Positions 28,427 to 37,421 of a DNA stretch of 64,000 nt are shown here, piece after piece. Positions within the stretch are counted from its first letter, which is position 1; each line of letters begins with the position of its first letter. The DNA lies in NCBI GenBank assembly GCA_963815095.1, contig CAWFFH010000003.1:512001-576000 (forward strand). Reading direction: 5' to 3'. The position numbers were made by a program, and so were the translations under genes. The notes below the pieces were generated by a model. It was not told the DNA's origin and ran no database searches. It was given only the letters and a program-made list of their open reading frames with translations. The DNA is from Candidatus Bathyarchaeota archaeon. Its GTDB lineage: Archaea; Thermoproteota; Bathyarchaeia; Bathyarchaeales; Bathycorpusculaceae.

Positions 28427-30031
28427 ATGGAAGATAGCCACTTAACTTGGCTTTGCAAGTGTGAATCTAAGATGAAAAAAAACCTAATAATCGCTTTATC
28501 ACTTGTGGTAATAGTGGTCGTTGTATTGTCATCGTTTACCGCTGTAGAAGTTTATCGGTCTTTTTCCACTCATGTTGCAGCCAATAAATCATTTTATGTG
28601 GGAGTTACATTCGGTGGAGATTCAGTAAAAGAGGCGAAGCAACTGATTGATAGAGTCAAGAGTTATACTAACCTGTTTGTTTTGGCGTCGGGTACATTGA
28701 TGCAAAACGTAGCCGCTACACAGCAGATCGGCGATTATGCCACTAACGCAGGATTAAATATAATCTTGTATTACGGCAGAAGCGGCGACCCTAGTACTTG
28801 CGTGTCTCTGCTCAACCTTGCTAAAGCCCGTTGGGGCAGCCATTTCCTTGGGCTATACTACCAAGATGAACCAGGAGGCAACATGCTTGATTCCCAAGTA
28901 CCGCTTTATGCGGATGGCAATGTCACGGCAAACAACGCAATCTCAAAAGGCGCAAACGGAACGATTTCGACGTCAAAAATTTTCTATGAAGGATCAAACA
29001 CCACTTGGGTCACTATTTCATTTGAACCTTCAGGAGTAATCAATTTGCAAACCACCATAGAAACAAATAGGAGTACGCCGCTTTCATTCCCATTTTCTAC
29101 CGCCGTTCCCTCGGTGAATACCACACACCTCCCCGCGAGCCTTGATAGCTACGTATATACTTCAACATTTTTGACTTATTACACGAACGGGACAATTAAC
29201 TGTACTTTCAACAACGACACCTCAACAATTGAGCCGCTAAACTACTATCCAGATGGCACTGTGCAGTATGAAAATGGCACATACGCGACTGATGAAGGCG
29301 ACATTTCTCAGTTTGAACCTTACCAGCAATTATGGGATTCTAATCCAATTCAAACTTATGCTGAAGCAGCAAACGACTTTGTGAATACTGAGAAGATGAC
29401 ATTGACTTCGATTGGCAATGAATCAAATGTCAGGCTTTTCACTTCAGACTATGGCCTCTACTGGTTCGACTACCTGAGCGGCTACAATACTGTATTTGCA
29501 GAGTTATTCGGAACGCAAACTGACTCAGAGACTTTAGCACTAGTTAGAGGCGCTGCTGATATGCAGAACAAAAGTTGGGGTGTAATGATTGAGCCTGCAA
29601 GCCAATCACCGATTACTCTCCAAACTGGCAACCAAATATACGGTGAGTTGCAGCAAGCTTACGAATGCGGTGCGACATATGGTGTAGTCTTTAACTATGC
29701 ACTAAACAACACAGATGGAGTTTTGCAGGACGAACAGTTCGCTGCAATTCAAAAGTTTTGGAATAACAATATGAATAGTGCGAGAGACACCGGCGCCTTT
29801 ACCGCTCAAGATGTGTTAGTATTGCCCGCAGATTATGGATGGGGCATGAGGAGCCAAAATGATAAGATATGGGGTATCTGGCAACCGGATGCTAATTCAC
29901 AGCAGGTCTGGGACTCAGTACAACAGTCCCTAGCCACCTATGGTTCAAAACTTGACATTGTGTATACAGATCCGTCCTTCTCAATTGCAGGGAGATACCA
30001 ACATGTCATTTATTGGAACGGAACAGCCTGA
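28427..30031 (+). CDS. Membrane-anchored secreted protein, possible glycoside-hydrolase-like barrel
   Basis: TM anchor, FYVGVTFGG..AKQLID.VK.YTNLFVL, DEPGG; paralog of 9221..10543. Confidence 0.8.
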   Translation: MEDSHLTWLCKCESKMKKNLIIALSLVVIVVVVLSSFTAVEVYRSFSTHVAANKSFYVGVTFGGDSVKEAKQLIDRVKSYTNLFVLASGTLMQNVAATQQIGDYATNAGLNIILYYGRSGDPSTCVSLLNLAKARWGSHFLGLYYQDEPGGNMLDSQVPLYADGNVTANNAISKGANGTISTSKIFYEGSNTTWVTISFEPSGVINLQTTIETNRSTPLSFPFSTAVPSVNTTHLPASLDSYVYTSTFLTYYTNGTINCTFNNDTSTIEPLNYYPDGTVQYENGTYATDEGDISQFEPYQQLWDSNPIQTYAEAANDFVNTEKMTLTSIGNESNVRLFTSDYGLYWFDYLSGYNTVFAELFGTQTDSETLALVRGAADMQNKSWGVMIEPASQSPITLQTGNQIYGELQQAYECGATYGVVFNYALNNTDGVLQDEQFAAIQKFWNNNMNSARDTGAFTAQDVLVLPADYGWGMRSQNDKIWGIWQPDANSQQVWDSVQQSLATYGSKLDIVYTDPSFSIAGRYQHVIYWNGTA

Positions 30032-30224
30032 AAATCCTTTAATTGATAAAGCAGTTACTGAATCACCACAAGCTCGGCACAATGCGGTTCATATCTCTAT
30101 CCTTTAGAGGTCAATTATAAATGAGTCTAAATAGCCGTCTAGCTATCTAAAAAAGATGCGCATGGTTTCGTTAACTTTAGTTAAAAGTCGCTTCCAAATA
30201 CCTGCCTCTTTAATTTTTGATCTA

Positions 30225-30665
30225 TTATTTTGATTTTATCCAGTCTCTAAGCGTCTCATAACATAATATTACTACTATGAGCGCGATCGCAACAGTCTCA
30301 AAAAAATAGCTTCTATCAAGGAAAGCAGGTCTAAAAAAGACAAGCGCTATTATTAGGACTAAAATGGAGAATAGGGCATAAATGAAGTGTCTTGGAACCA
30401 AAAAGCGATTGATTTTTATTGAATTATCTAAAACAACTTTTGCAATTACAAAGTTACCATTTTCACGTCTAACAAAGCCAGACTCTTCTAGTTTACAAAG
30501 GTGATATAATGCTACTGATGGACTGCTAAGCTTTAGTGCGTGCTGAATCTCTCTCACACTTAAAGGCTTGCTTGCTTTCACCATGTAGCGATAAACTACA
30601 TAAGTAGTTCCTTTTAGTATTGACAATTCTTCTTTAGTAACAGTTAATCTCCCTCTAGGGCACAA
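30225..30665 (-). CDS. Membrane-anchored wHTH regulator (paralog of 3306..3728)
   Basis: LKGTT..VYRYM....KPLSVREIQHALKLSSPSVALYHL.KLE..G.V + 2 TM. Confidence 0.85.
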   Translation of the reverse strand: MCPRGRLTVTKEELSILKGTTYVVYRYMVKASKPLSVREIQHALKLSSPSVALYHLCKLEESGFVRRENGNFVIAKVVLDNSIKINRFLVPRHFIYALFSILVLIIALVFFRPAFLDRSYFFETVAIALIVVILCYETLRDWIKSK

Positions 30666-30711
30666 ATGGTAGAATAAAATAATCGTTAATATTATTTGTT
30701 ATTTATTCCTA

Positions 30712-30728
30712 TTCTAAAATTTAGAACA
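30712..30728. promoter_or_regulatory. Operator box B in the regulator's own divergent promoter
   Basis: TTCTAaaattTAGAA; another copy TTCTAaaataTAGAA at 31071-31085. Confidence 0.65.
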
Positions 30729-30761
30729 CTTTATTAAAGAAATAGAATTATAAGGACGCCT

Positions 30762-31013
30762 TTGCAGTTCAAAGATATGCAAGAAGTAAAAATGACCACT
30801 GCAATCATAGTAGCACTGACGTTAGCTATTTCGCTGACTCTAGTTACAATCTATCTTTTACCACAAGGCAATGCTCCAATACTACAAATTTCTGAACCGC
30901 AGGAACAAATCCCTTGGCAATATCTAGCGCTAGGCTTAACCGTTGTTTTTGTTGGTGGGGCTACTTGCATTGTGCTAGCCATAAAACGCATGGTTCGTCA
31001 ATCAATATCCTGA
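30762..31013 (+). CDS. Small two-TM membrane protein, divergent from the regulator
   Basis: Same layout as 2872..3156. Confidence 0.65.
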   Translation: MQFKDMQEVKMTTAIIVALTLAISLTLVTIYLLPQGNAPILQISEPQEQIPWQYLALGLTVVFVGGATCIVLAIKRMVRQSIS

Positions 31014-31243
31014 ATTGATTTAGTTTGGGTTTATTTAACTTAAGTTGCAATTAAGGTGAAGTATTGCGTGTTCTAAAATATAGAATTAAGTATTATTGCA
31101 CAGTAAGACTTGGTTGTTAACACTAACACTGCTCAATAGCACACTTAAAACTCGATATACGTGCAATAGTCAAAAGCTGCCCCCTCCTCCATGACTTCTC
31201 AGAGTCTTTTTACTTATAACTCCCATCTGGGGGGTAGACATAG

Positions 31244-31610
31244 GTGGCGCGGAAGATGGGCAAGGGTGCGGAATTGGAAGTGTTCAGTGGTCGACAAGCC
31301 AAACTAAACCGTGTTATATTCATGATTCTTGATTCTAAGAACCTCTTGACAAGCTATGATATGTACCTAGAAATCAGGCGAATTAAGAGTTTTAGACATG
31401 TCAAAAGGCAAAGCGTTGACAGGCGAATGAAGGCATTATGTGAACAGGGCTGGACAGTTAAGTATGGAGTGAGACCTGCAAAAGCCCATTTTCTTTCACC
31501 TTTATACGCATTAAGCATCGAGCATAAGCCGCCTTAACGCTGAGCAAGACAGACCTGAATGTCTTCATTCAAGTAGCCGCAGGCTATTTTACCGAATTAC
31601 CTTTTGTTAA
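31244..31610 (+). pseudogene. Frameshifted wHTH protein
   Basis: VFSGRQAKLNR.IF.IL...YDMY...VDRRMKAL...GW; coding appears to continue in another frame (AALTLSKTDLNVFIQ). Confidence 0.55.
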
Positions 31611-31672
31611 ATAGTCTCAGCCGTTCTTCGCGCTAAAAGAGTTTAAAACAGGCTAAACAAATGATTTGGATA

Positions 31673-31705
31673 TGGTGCAGGGGTTGAGGTTTGAATCCAC
31701 AAATC
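31673..31705 (-). pseudogene. Decayed tRNA 3'-end fragment (Leu-like), possible old att scar
   Basis: TGGTGCAGGGGTTGAGGTTTGAATCCAC is the reverse complement of a degenerate T-arm, acceptor strand and CCA. Confidence 0.5.
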
Positions 31706-31859
31706 TTTTCTATTATTTGGGCAATCATTGAAATCATGTATAAAAGAAATTTTGATGTTCTTTAAATAGTGAAATGGCTTTATCCATAGCTATAAATCGA
31801 CAATCTCCAAAAAGCGGCTTTAACCTTTGTAAGAGAAACTTTGAAGGAAGTTAGTTAAA

Positions 31860-32345
31860 ATGCAATCAATCAGAATCGAACAAAAAGAAGAAAAACATAG
31901 AATATGTCCTGACTGCAAATCAGGGTCGCTAATAAGAGAGACGAAAGTATTTTTTTCGTGTTCAAAATGTGACAGCATTTACCGCGATTCACCCTCCAAG
32001 GGATTGAAAAGGATAAATGTTGATCCTGTAAGTGATGTTTCTTCCTATCCGGAAATTACTTTCCTTGCTGAACCTCCATATTGTGATTGCGAACTTAAAG
32101 AATATTTGAAAACTATGGTATACAATTATGGACCTAAGTATTGCCGTGAACACAATGTTATCAGTTTGGGCGGAATGTATGAGTCAAAAGATCTTGAGAT
32201 TATTGATAAGGAAACTGAATATGTGTTATTGCACGAAAGTCTCCATTGGGTTTTAGGCAAGTTTGTCTGCGAGTCAGCTTCATTTTGGCTTGATAATGAA
32301 AATGTTTCTGAATTCATTGACGATTATCTTTTTGACATTCAGTAA
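31860..32345 (+). CDS. Zn-ribbon + HExxH zincin-like protein
   Basis: CPDC...CSKC and VLLHESLHWVL. Confidence 0.65.
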   Translation: MQSIRIEQKEEKHRICPDCKSGSLIRETKVFFSCSKCDSIYRDSPSKGLKRINVDPVSDVSSYPEITFLAEPPYCDCELKEYLKTMVYNYGPKYCREHNVISLGGMYESKDLEIIDKETEYVLLHESLHWVLGKFVCESASFWLDNENVSEFIDDYLFDIQ

Positions 32346-32514
32346 AGTTCCTCAATTCGTTGAATTTCAATAATTGCTTTTCATAAGCGCTTTTAACTGT
32401 GTAAAAAGGGCTGTTGCTATAAGGCCCCGATCGAGGCTAATATCTGCAGCGATCGTTTAGCTCACGATTTCTATAGTCATAACTCTTGCTCGGAGCATCC
32501 ATAGTCGGTTGGCA

Positions 32515-33825
32515 TTAGTTGTTATCAAAGTTATTTCTTATTACAACCATGCTTTCAGAGAGCTTAGCAACATATTCCCAGCCTCTCTCCAAGTACGCAT
32601 TAGTCTCCTGAACACTGACGACCTTTTGTCTATGAGAGTCTATTACTGGATTGTGCTCCTTTTCTCCTACGATGCCAGCAAGTAGTTTTTGTTTAAGAAT
32701 AGCCTGAATTTCTTCGTCACTAAACTTGGACAACTCTAGCTTGTTAACGTCTTCTTCGCTTAGACCAGCCACCATTAAAAGCTGCTTTTGGATGCTCTGC
32801 CGTAGCTTCTCCTCACTCGTCGAAGGTTCATCGATTGTTCTCAAAAGCTCCTCACCCCTTTCATAAGCAGTTCGCATGTCCTCAATAACCGTTTCAGGTA
32901 ACTTTTGTTTGTTAGTTGTATACCTGTTTTCAATATCGCCCTTATGACCCATCCAAAACTGACGATAATCCCGCAAGACCCAGCCTTTGGATTCAGCTAA
33001 CATTAACTGAGTATCAAAGTAACACCTTAAAACATAGGGGCGCCATGGAAAACCTGCTTTTCTTATGCAATCTCTTGCTGCATCGCCTATGTTTGCTGTT
33101 CTGATAAAAGGTTTCATTTTTCCTTTAGGTGTTATAATCGCTGATTTGCTATTGATGTTTTCGCCATCCCTAATTCTAGCTTCTAGATAGTCTTTTATGT
33201 AGTTGCATGCCTCTTGACCGATAAAGGTGAAATATTGATGTCTTGCCTTGCTGAGTTCTTTACGTACGACAACTATTGTGGGAATTTTAAGAAAGGTTAC
33301 GGCTTTATCGGTAATGGATATCTCGGGAAAGTCCCGTATTGTTAGTCCATCAGTTCCTTTATAGTCGCCAATAGTTTCAGGACGAAAACCTCCATGCGCA
33401 AGCAGCACGCAAATGCTTCTTGACTTCTCATCACCTGATAGCAGAATACGCTGAAGCTCACTCTTTATTGGGGTCCTTTCCTCTTTGAGGGTTGGTGCAT
33501 CTTGGGCTCCTCTTATCCTTATGCGGCCCCTAACTTGTATGCGGTTATGTAAAAGCCACGATTTTATTGCCTTAATGGTTGAGTGAATATAGCTTCCCGT
33601 ATGACCTTTCTGTTCCATCCTTGAAACTGTATCCAGAAACAAATCATAGAGCTCCTCTTCTTTCATCTCAAGCAGTCTATTTGGGGCTACGTTTAGTTCT
33701 TTGCAAAAATGTCCTAACCGGCGAAGGTACACATCAGCAGTTATGATTGACCCACGCGCGACGTTATCGTACCATCTTTTAAGGACTTTGTTTTCTAGCA
33801 GGGTTGCGTATTCACTCTCGCGCAA
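32515..33825 (-). CDS. Tyrosine recombinase/integrase
   Basis: GFRPET (R), RPYVLR, MGHKG, RYT (Y); TTG start after GGAGGA; immediately 3' of tRNA-Arg. Confidence 0.92.
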   Translation of the reverse strand: MRESEYATLLENKVLKRWYDNVARGSIITADVYLRRLGHFCKELNVAPNRLLEMKEEELYDLFLDTVSRMEQKGHTGSYIHSTIKAIKSWLLHNRIQVRGRIRIRGAQDAPTLKEERTPIKSELQRILLSGDEKSRSICVLLAHGGFRPETIGDYKGTDGLTIRDFPEISITDKAVTFLKIPTIVVVRKELSKARHQYFTFIGQEACNYIKDYLEARIRDGENINSKSAIITPKGKMKPFIRTANIGDAARDCIRKAGFPWRPYVLRCYFDTQLMLAESKGWVLRDYRQFWMGHKGDIENRYTTNKQKLPETVIEDMRTAYERGEELLRTIDEPSTSEEKLRQSIQKQLLMVAGLSEEDVNKLELSKFSDEEIQAILKQKLLAGIVGEKEHNPVIDSHRQKVVSVQETNAYLERGWEYVAKLSESMVVIRNNFDNN

Positions 33826-33901
33826 GCACTTTCCTCCACAAAAGAAACCGTCAGCGCTTTTTGCTTATAAAACTGCCTATGGTTCTGCTCCCAAAAGGGA
33901 G

Positions 33902-33977
33902 CGGGCCCGCTGGGATTTGAACCCAGGATTCTCGGCTCCGGAGGCCGATGCCTTAATCCGTGCTAGACTACGAGCCC
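33902..33977 (-). tRNA. tRNA-Arg(CCG)
   Basis: GGGCTCG...TCGGC-CT-CCG-GA-GCCGA...GGTTCAAATCC...CGGGCCCG cloverleaf; CCA not encoded. Confidence 0.95.
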
Positions 33978-34021
33978 ACGGCGTAGAGAAACCAAACATG
34001 CTTTGCTGATTTAAAGCTAAC

Positions 34022-34522
34022 TTATTCCTGAATTAATTCTTGGTCTATCCACCAAGCTTTCTTTTTGCCCGATTTTTCGCCCGCGTAGTATTCGATTATT
34101 GATTTTCCCAGTTGCTTCTTGGAGGTTTTCTGGATTTTCCGCAACCTGTTGAGTATGAGCCATCTGTTTGTTTTAATGTAGTCCGCCAGTTCAGGTGTGG
34201 TTGCTGATTTGTAATGCATCAAATATTCCATTATTTTGTGGTCGACTTCGTCGATGCAGTAAGTGTGGGGGTCGATTTTTCCATGTTGAAAAGTAAGGAT
34301 TTCTAAATCGGATAGGTATTTGCGGATTTGTCCGAATTCCTGTTCGATTTTGTTCATGCGCTCTTGCAGGGCTAAGAGTTTGTCTGCTTTAGGGGTTTTT
34401 TGGAGCTTTTCGTTTATAGCTTCGCGGATAAAAGTGCTTCTGTCGCCTTCGGGAATGCGTAGAGCCAGTTCTTGGTAGGTTTCTTCAGGTATTTTTACAG
34501 TGACTATTCTGATGTCGCTCAA
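34022..34522 (-). CDS. RHH + coiled-coil + wHTH regulator
   Basis: IVTVKIPE......RSTFIREAI; C-terminal TTPELADY. Confidence 0.8.
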   Translation of the reverse strand: MSDIRIVTVKIPEETYQELALRIPEGDRSTFIREAINEKLQKTPKADKLLALQERMNKIEQEFGQIRKYLSDLEILTFQHGKIDPHTYCIDEVDHKIMEYLMHYKSATTPELADYIKTNRWLILNRLRKIQKTSKKQLGKSIIEYYAGEKSGKKKAWWIDQELIQE

Positions 34523-34680
34523 TGTGGACGCCTCGGCAACGTGTTATGAGTCTTCTTATTATTTCATAGTTTCTCTCCCGTCATAATGCAATCAATAAAG
34601 CCCAGCACAGACCAAGCCTACCAGAAAATTCTAAGTGTGAATCAGCTTTTGATTTCTATAAAACCCATAACGTTTTATTA

Positions 34681-35646
34681 GTGACCTCACAAAATAGTCG
34701 CACGGTGACTTATGTGATAGATTGGTCGCAAAAAGAGCTGTTAATTTTAGCATTTGACCATCGAGCGTCGTTCCTAGAAAAAATGTTCGGCATCAAAGGT
34801 CGTCAACCAACCCCCGAAGAAAAGCGGCAAATCGAGGACTACAAAAAAATAATCTTTGAAGGCTTCCGATTAGCTACAAAGAAGAAAGTTCCTAAAGATA
34901 TAGCCGGTTTACTTGTGGATGAAGAATTCGGCACTGGTGTTTTGTGTGAAGCAAAAAAAGACGGATTAATGTTTGCTATGCCAGTGGAGAAGTCGGGGCA
35001 AGACGAATTTGATTTTGATTATGGCGATAACTTTGCCAAACATATTGAAGAATTTGACCCAACCTTTGTGAAAGTTCTGGTACGCTATAACCCTGAAGGC
35101 GACGCTGGTATGAATAAAAGACAGCTTCTAAGGCTAAAGAAGCTCAGCGACTACTTAGCTCAAAAGAAAAGACCATTCCTCTTCGAACTAATAGTTCCCT
35201 CCACTACCGAGCAGTTGGCAAAACTGGGCGGGTCAAAACAAAAATACGACCAAGAATTACGTCCCAAACTTATGGTGGAAAGCATTAAGGAGATTCAAGC
35301 AGCAGGTGTAGAACCTGCCATCTGGAAACTGGAAGGCGTCGATAAACCGGAGTCTGCTAAAGCAGTAGTAAAGCAAGCACAAAGCGGTGGAAGAAAAGTA
35401 GGAGTCATCACTTTGGGACGAGGCGAATCCAAAGAGAAAGTTCAGGAATGGCTCAAAGTTGGCGCCAAAATCCCCGGGATCATAGGGTTTGCCGTTGGAA
35501 GAACGATTTTCTGGGAACCATTAGCTGATCATAAAGCAGGCAAAACTTCAAGAAAAGAAGCGGTGGAAAAAGTCGCCCAGAACTACGAAGAGTTCACCGA
35601 GCTATGGCTGAACGAATGTGAAAGCAAGAAGGAGATAAAGAAATGA
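34681..35646 (+). CDS. DUF2090 / LacD-like class I aldolase-fold protein
   Basis: ILAFDHR, PVEKSG, VKVLVRYNP, WKLEG, LGRG, GFAVGRTIF. Confidence 0.85.
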   Translation: MTSQNSRTVTYVIDWSQKELLILAFDHRASFLEKMFGIKGRQPTPEEKRQIEDYKKIIFEGFRLATKKKVPKDIAGLLVDEEFGTGVLCEAKKDGLMFAMPVEKSGQDEFDFDYGDNFAKHIEEFDPTFVKVLVRYNPEGDAGMNKRQLLRLKKLSDYLAQKKRPFLFELIVPSTTEQLAKLGGSKQKYDQELRPKLMVESIKEIQAAGVEPAIWKLEGVDKPESAKAVVKQAQSGGRKVGVITLGRGESKEKVQEWLKVGAKIPGIIGFAVGRTIFWEPLADHKAGKTSRKEAVEKVAQNYEEFTELWLNECESKKEIKK

Positions 35647-36626
35647 CATCGCTAAGATCACTATCCCCATCCTTAACAAGAATCACTACAGCCGGAGCGG
35701 TAGGCGCTGCATTACATATTGGTAAAGGTGACCCAGACAAAGTTGACCAAACAGCTTTGGATTTTTCAAGAGCCGTTCTAAACCAAACTGAAGTAGACGG
35801 AGAAGTCATCTGTTGCGAGGGACCCAAAGACAATGCTCCAGCGTTCAGTTACAAAGAAAAAGTCGGCAATGGCAACGGCCCTAAAGTAGAATTCATAATT
35901 GACCAAGTAGATGGCACAACCGCGACATCAAAGGGAAAGAAAGACGCCATCTCAGCTTTATGCTGCGCACCAACAGGATGCTTGCAAGTTTTGCCAGACG
36001 ACGGCTACTACTTCAAAGTTGCAACCGACGGCAAATCAAAAGGAAAAATCAACCTTGACATGTCTATTGAAGAAATTGTGAAAACAATTGCCAAATTGAA
36101 GAATCGCCCATTAGCAAACTTCACTGTCATTATGCTTGAACGTGAACGGCACAATGAATTGCTTGCGAAACTAAGAAAGATGGGCGTAAGAATCATCCTT
36201 ATAGCCGACGGCGACATTGGAGGCTCCATCGTCACTTGCCTACCTGACTCAGGTGTTGACCTTCTAATCGGTGCAGGGGCAGGAGCAGAAGCCACAATCG
36301 CTGCAGTCGCAGTGAAGTGCCTTGGCGGAACAATGCTTGTTAAGGTTTGGAAGGACAAAAAAGACGATGCTAAACGAATGGACAGACTTAAAGCGGCAGG
36401 CGTCGACATCAACAAAACATATACTGAAGACGAGTTAGCAAAGGGCAACGAAATGATTTTTGCAGCTTCAGGTGTCACTAAAGGCGAAATGCTTGACGGA
36501 GTGCGTTTCACTGCTGGAGGCGCAGTCGTTCAATCTATCTGTACAAGACTTCCCAGCGGTACACTCGAATGGTCAACAACTAATCTGAAGTTCGGAGACC
36601 ATCCAGTCTACAAACAAATAACTTAA
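35643..36626 (+). CDS. glpX: Fructose-1,6-bisphosphatase class II
   Basis: EGPKDNAP, DQVDGT, LERERH, IADGDI, AASGVTKGEMLDGVRF; ATGA overlap with the upstream gene. Confidence 0.85.
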   Translation: MTSLRSLSPSLTRITTAGAVGAALHIGKGDPDKVDQTALDFSRAVLNQTEVDGEVICCEGPKDNAPAFSYKEKVGNGNGPKVEFIIDQVDGTTATSKGKKDAISALCCAPTGCLQVLPDDGYYFKVATDGKSKGKINLDMSIEEIVKTIAKLKNRPLANFTVIMLERERHNELLAKLRKMGVRIILIADGDIGGSIVTCLPDSGVDLLIGAGAGAEATIAAVAVKCLGGTMLVKVWKDKKDDAKRMDRLKAAGVDINKTYTEDELAKGNEMIFAASGVTKGEMLDGVRFTAGGAVVQSICTRLPSGTLEWSTTNLKFGDHPVYKQIT

Positions 36627-36693
36627 ACACCCGTTTTTGGGCAAATTTTCTTTCTTTCAATGAAACGGTTAAAAAAAAGTCGATAGAATTCTT

Positions 36694-37317
36694 TTAACTG
36701 TGAGTATGGTCGTCTTCTGGCGGGATGGGTTGACCTGACAGTTTTGCTAATGCAAGGTAACGCTGCTCAACTATATCATAAAGTTGCTTGCGCAAGTCTT
36801 CTCCAACAGCGTTTTTCTTTTGTAGCAAGACCAATTTTTTGGCTAATTCCTCATCACCAAGTCCTTTGAACCATGCTTCAAAATCGCCGCGTTGCAGGTG
36901 AAATTCTATCGATAAGACGTCGGCTTTCTCAAGTTTGTTTGCGAAGTCCCGCAGGCTGTGTGCGTGAAGGTTTAGAGGTTTTCCGAATGTAACAAAGAAG
37001 TTGAATGCTTTATCGTGTGGTGCATAAGCTAATATGGCTACGGCTTTTTCTTTTGTTGTTTCAGGTATGCCCAGCGCTCTTTTTCCCTTCTCGGTTAATG
37101 CATAGAGTCCTTTCTCAGGTAAACTTACATATCCCATTTTGGTGAGGCCTAAGAGGTGCATGTTAACTGGCTGGTACTCTTTTTTTGCTTCTTTGGCGAT
37201 TTCCATGGCTTTGAGTGGTTTCTCGTTTAGTAGCATGGTTTCCAGTATTTCTTGTTTAATCGGTGATAAACTCATTTTGGGCACCTTATCGTTAGCTATG
37301 TAGAACGATCTAATCAA
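36694..37317 (-). CDS. wHTH + DUF5752-like protein
   Basis: N-terminal wHTH; AF.F......AHSL.DF...L......SIEFHL.RGDFE.W...LGD.ELA. Confidence 0.8.
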   Translation of the reverse strand: MIRSFYIANDKVPKMSLSPIKQEILETMLLNEKPLKAMEIAKEAKKEYQPVNMHLLGLTKMGYVSLPEKGLYALTEKGKRALGIPETTKEKAVAILAYAPHDKAFNFFVTFGKPLNLHAHSLRDFANKLEKADVLSIEFHLQRGDFEAWFKGLGDEELAKKLVLLQKKNAVGEDLRKQLYDIVEQRYLALAKLSGQPIPPEDDHTHS

Positions 37318-37421
37318 ACTTTTCGTTAACTTTTCTCTTGAAGCTGGAGGCTTTATGGCTAAAAAATTTTGGCCTTGATAAGTAAAGTTTTAGTATAAAG
37401 CTTCATAATGCTAAATGAATA

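Noticed and set aside
33701-34009. ORFs over the tRNAs (33701..34009, 42334..42594) and many short antisense ORFs
   Set aside because: Shadow frames of tRNAs or of well-supported genes
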